Source: Cloacimonetes bacterium UBA5284 (GTDB taxonomy: Bacteria > Cloacimonadota > Cloacimonadia > Cloacimonadales > Cloacimonadaceae). Taken from it: a stretch of 64,000 nt of DNA. The stretch lies in NCBI GenBank assembly GCA_002410505.1, contig DHSO01000052.1, positions 288 through 64,287 of the forward strand, written 5' to 3'. Under the pieces are notes generated by a model, which saw only the letters and a program-made list of their open reading frames with translations, was not told the origin of the DNA and made no database searches. Shown here one piece after another: positions 63,916 through 64,000 of this stretch. The first letter of the stretch is position 1; each line of letters begins with the position of its first letter. Made by a program: the position numbers and the translations under genes.

Positions 63916-64000
63916 TCTTACCTCCATTCTGGTTTACTCATTGCTATTCATAATGTTCTTTGTTTATTCGATGTATATGCTTTGGCCAGTTGTTCTTGTC

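Overview
This is a 64-kb chromosomal window from an anaerobic bacterium. Spot GC counts on single 60-nt lines give 48-58% outside the right-hand end. The T9SS-type C-terminal sorting domains, the electron-bifurcating [FeFe]-hydrogenase and the Nqr/Rnf-type pump suggest an FCB-group, Cloacimonadota-like fermenter. That placement is inference only, since no search could be run.

Most of the window is densely packed core genes with many 1-4 nt overlaps:
- SAM methyltransferase-rho-peptidase U32-SPOR protein-mutS-PpiD-like-tadA, then tRNA-Ser(CGA).
- rex plus a hydCBA bifurcating hydrogenase operon, followed by a sensory HydS-like hydrogenase and a PP2C phosphatase.
- ndk, uvrB, hup, and an orphan umuD-like gene coupled to a large outer-membrane protein.
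- nqrBCDEF with no nqrA in the cluster.
- rsmA, several secreted or T9SS proteins, and a 1346-aa PPDK-like fusion next to an atypical GAPDH.
- arsC, ygjP, and a minus-strand operon of sigma54 activator-dinG-murB-ABC permease.

The most interesting region is the right-hand end, in three parts:
- A 1425-aa STAND/TPR/GAF/sigma54 activator.
- Upstream of it, a 270-bp array holding 11 TGACA/TGTCA motifs.
- A lower-GC cassette (33-42% in spot counts) running to the window edge. It encodes a protein with a DUF4062/TIR-like N-terminal motif set and a tightly linked 3-TM protein, and I flag it as a candidate uncharacterised defence or abortive-infection module.

Other points:
- A 1.1-kb gene-free region (36.15-37.27 kb) contains a perfect 49-bp palindrome built from iterated 11-mers.
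- An unannotated 58-aa zinc-ribbon ORF sits at 33392-33568.
- No rRNA, CRISPR array, transposase or integrase was recognised.
- All domain calls are by-eye motif recognition on the supplied translations.
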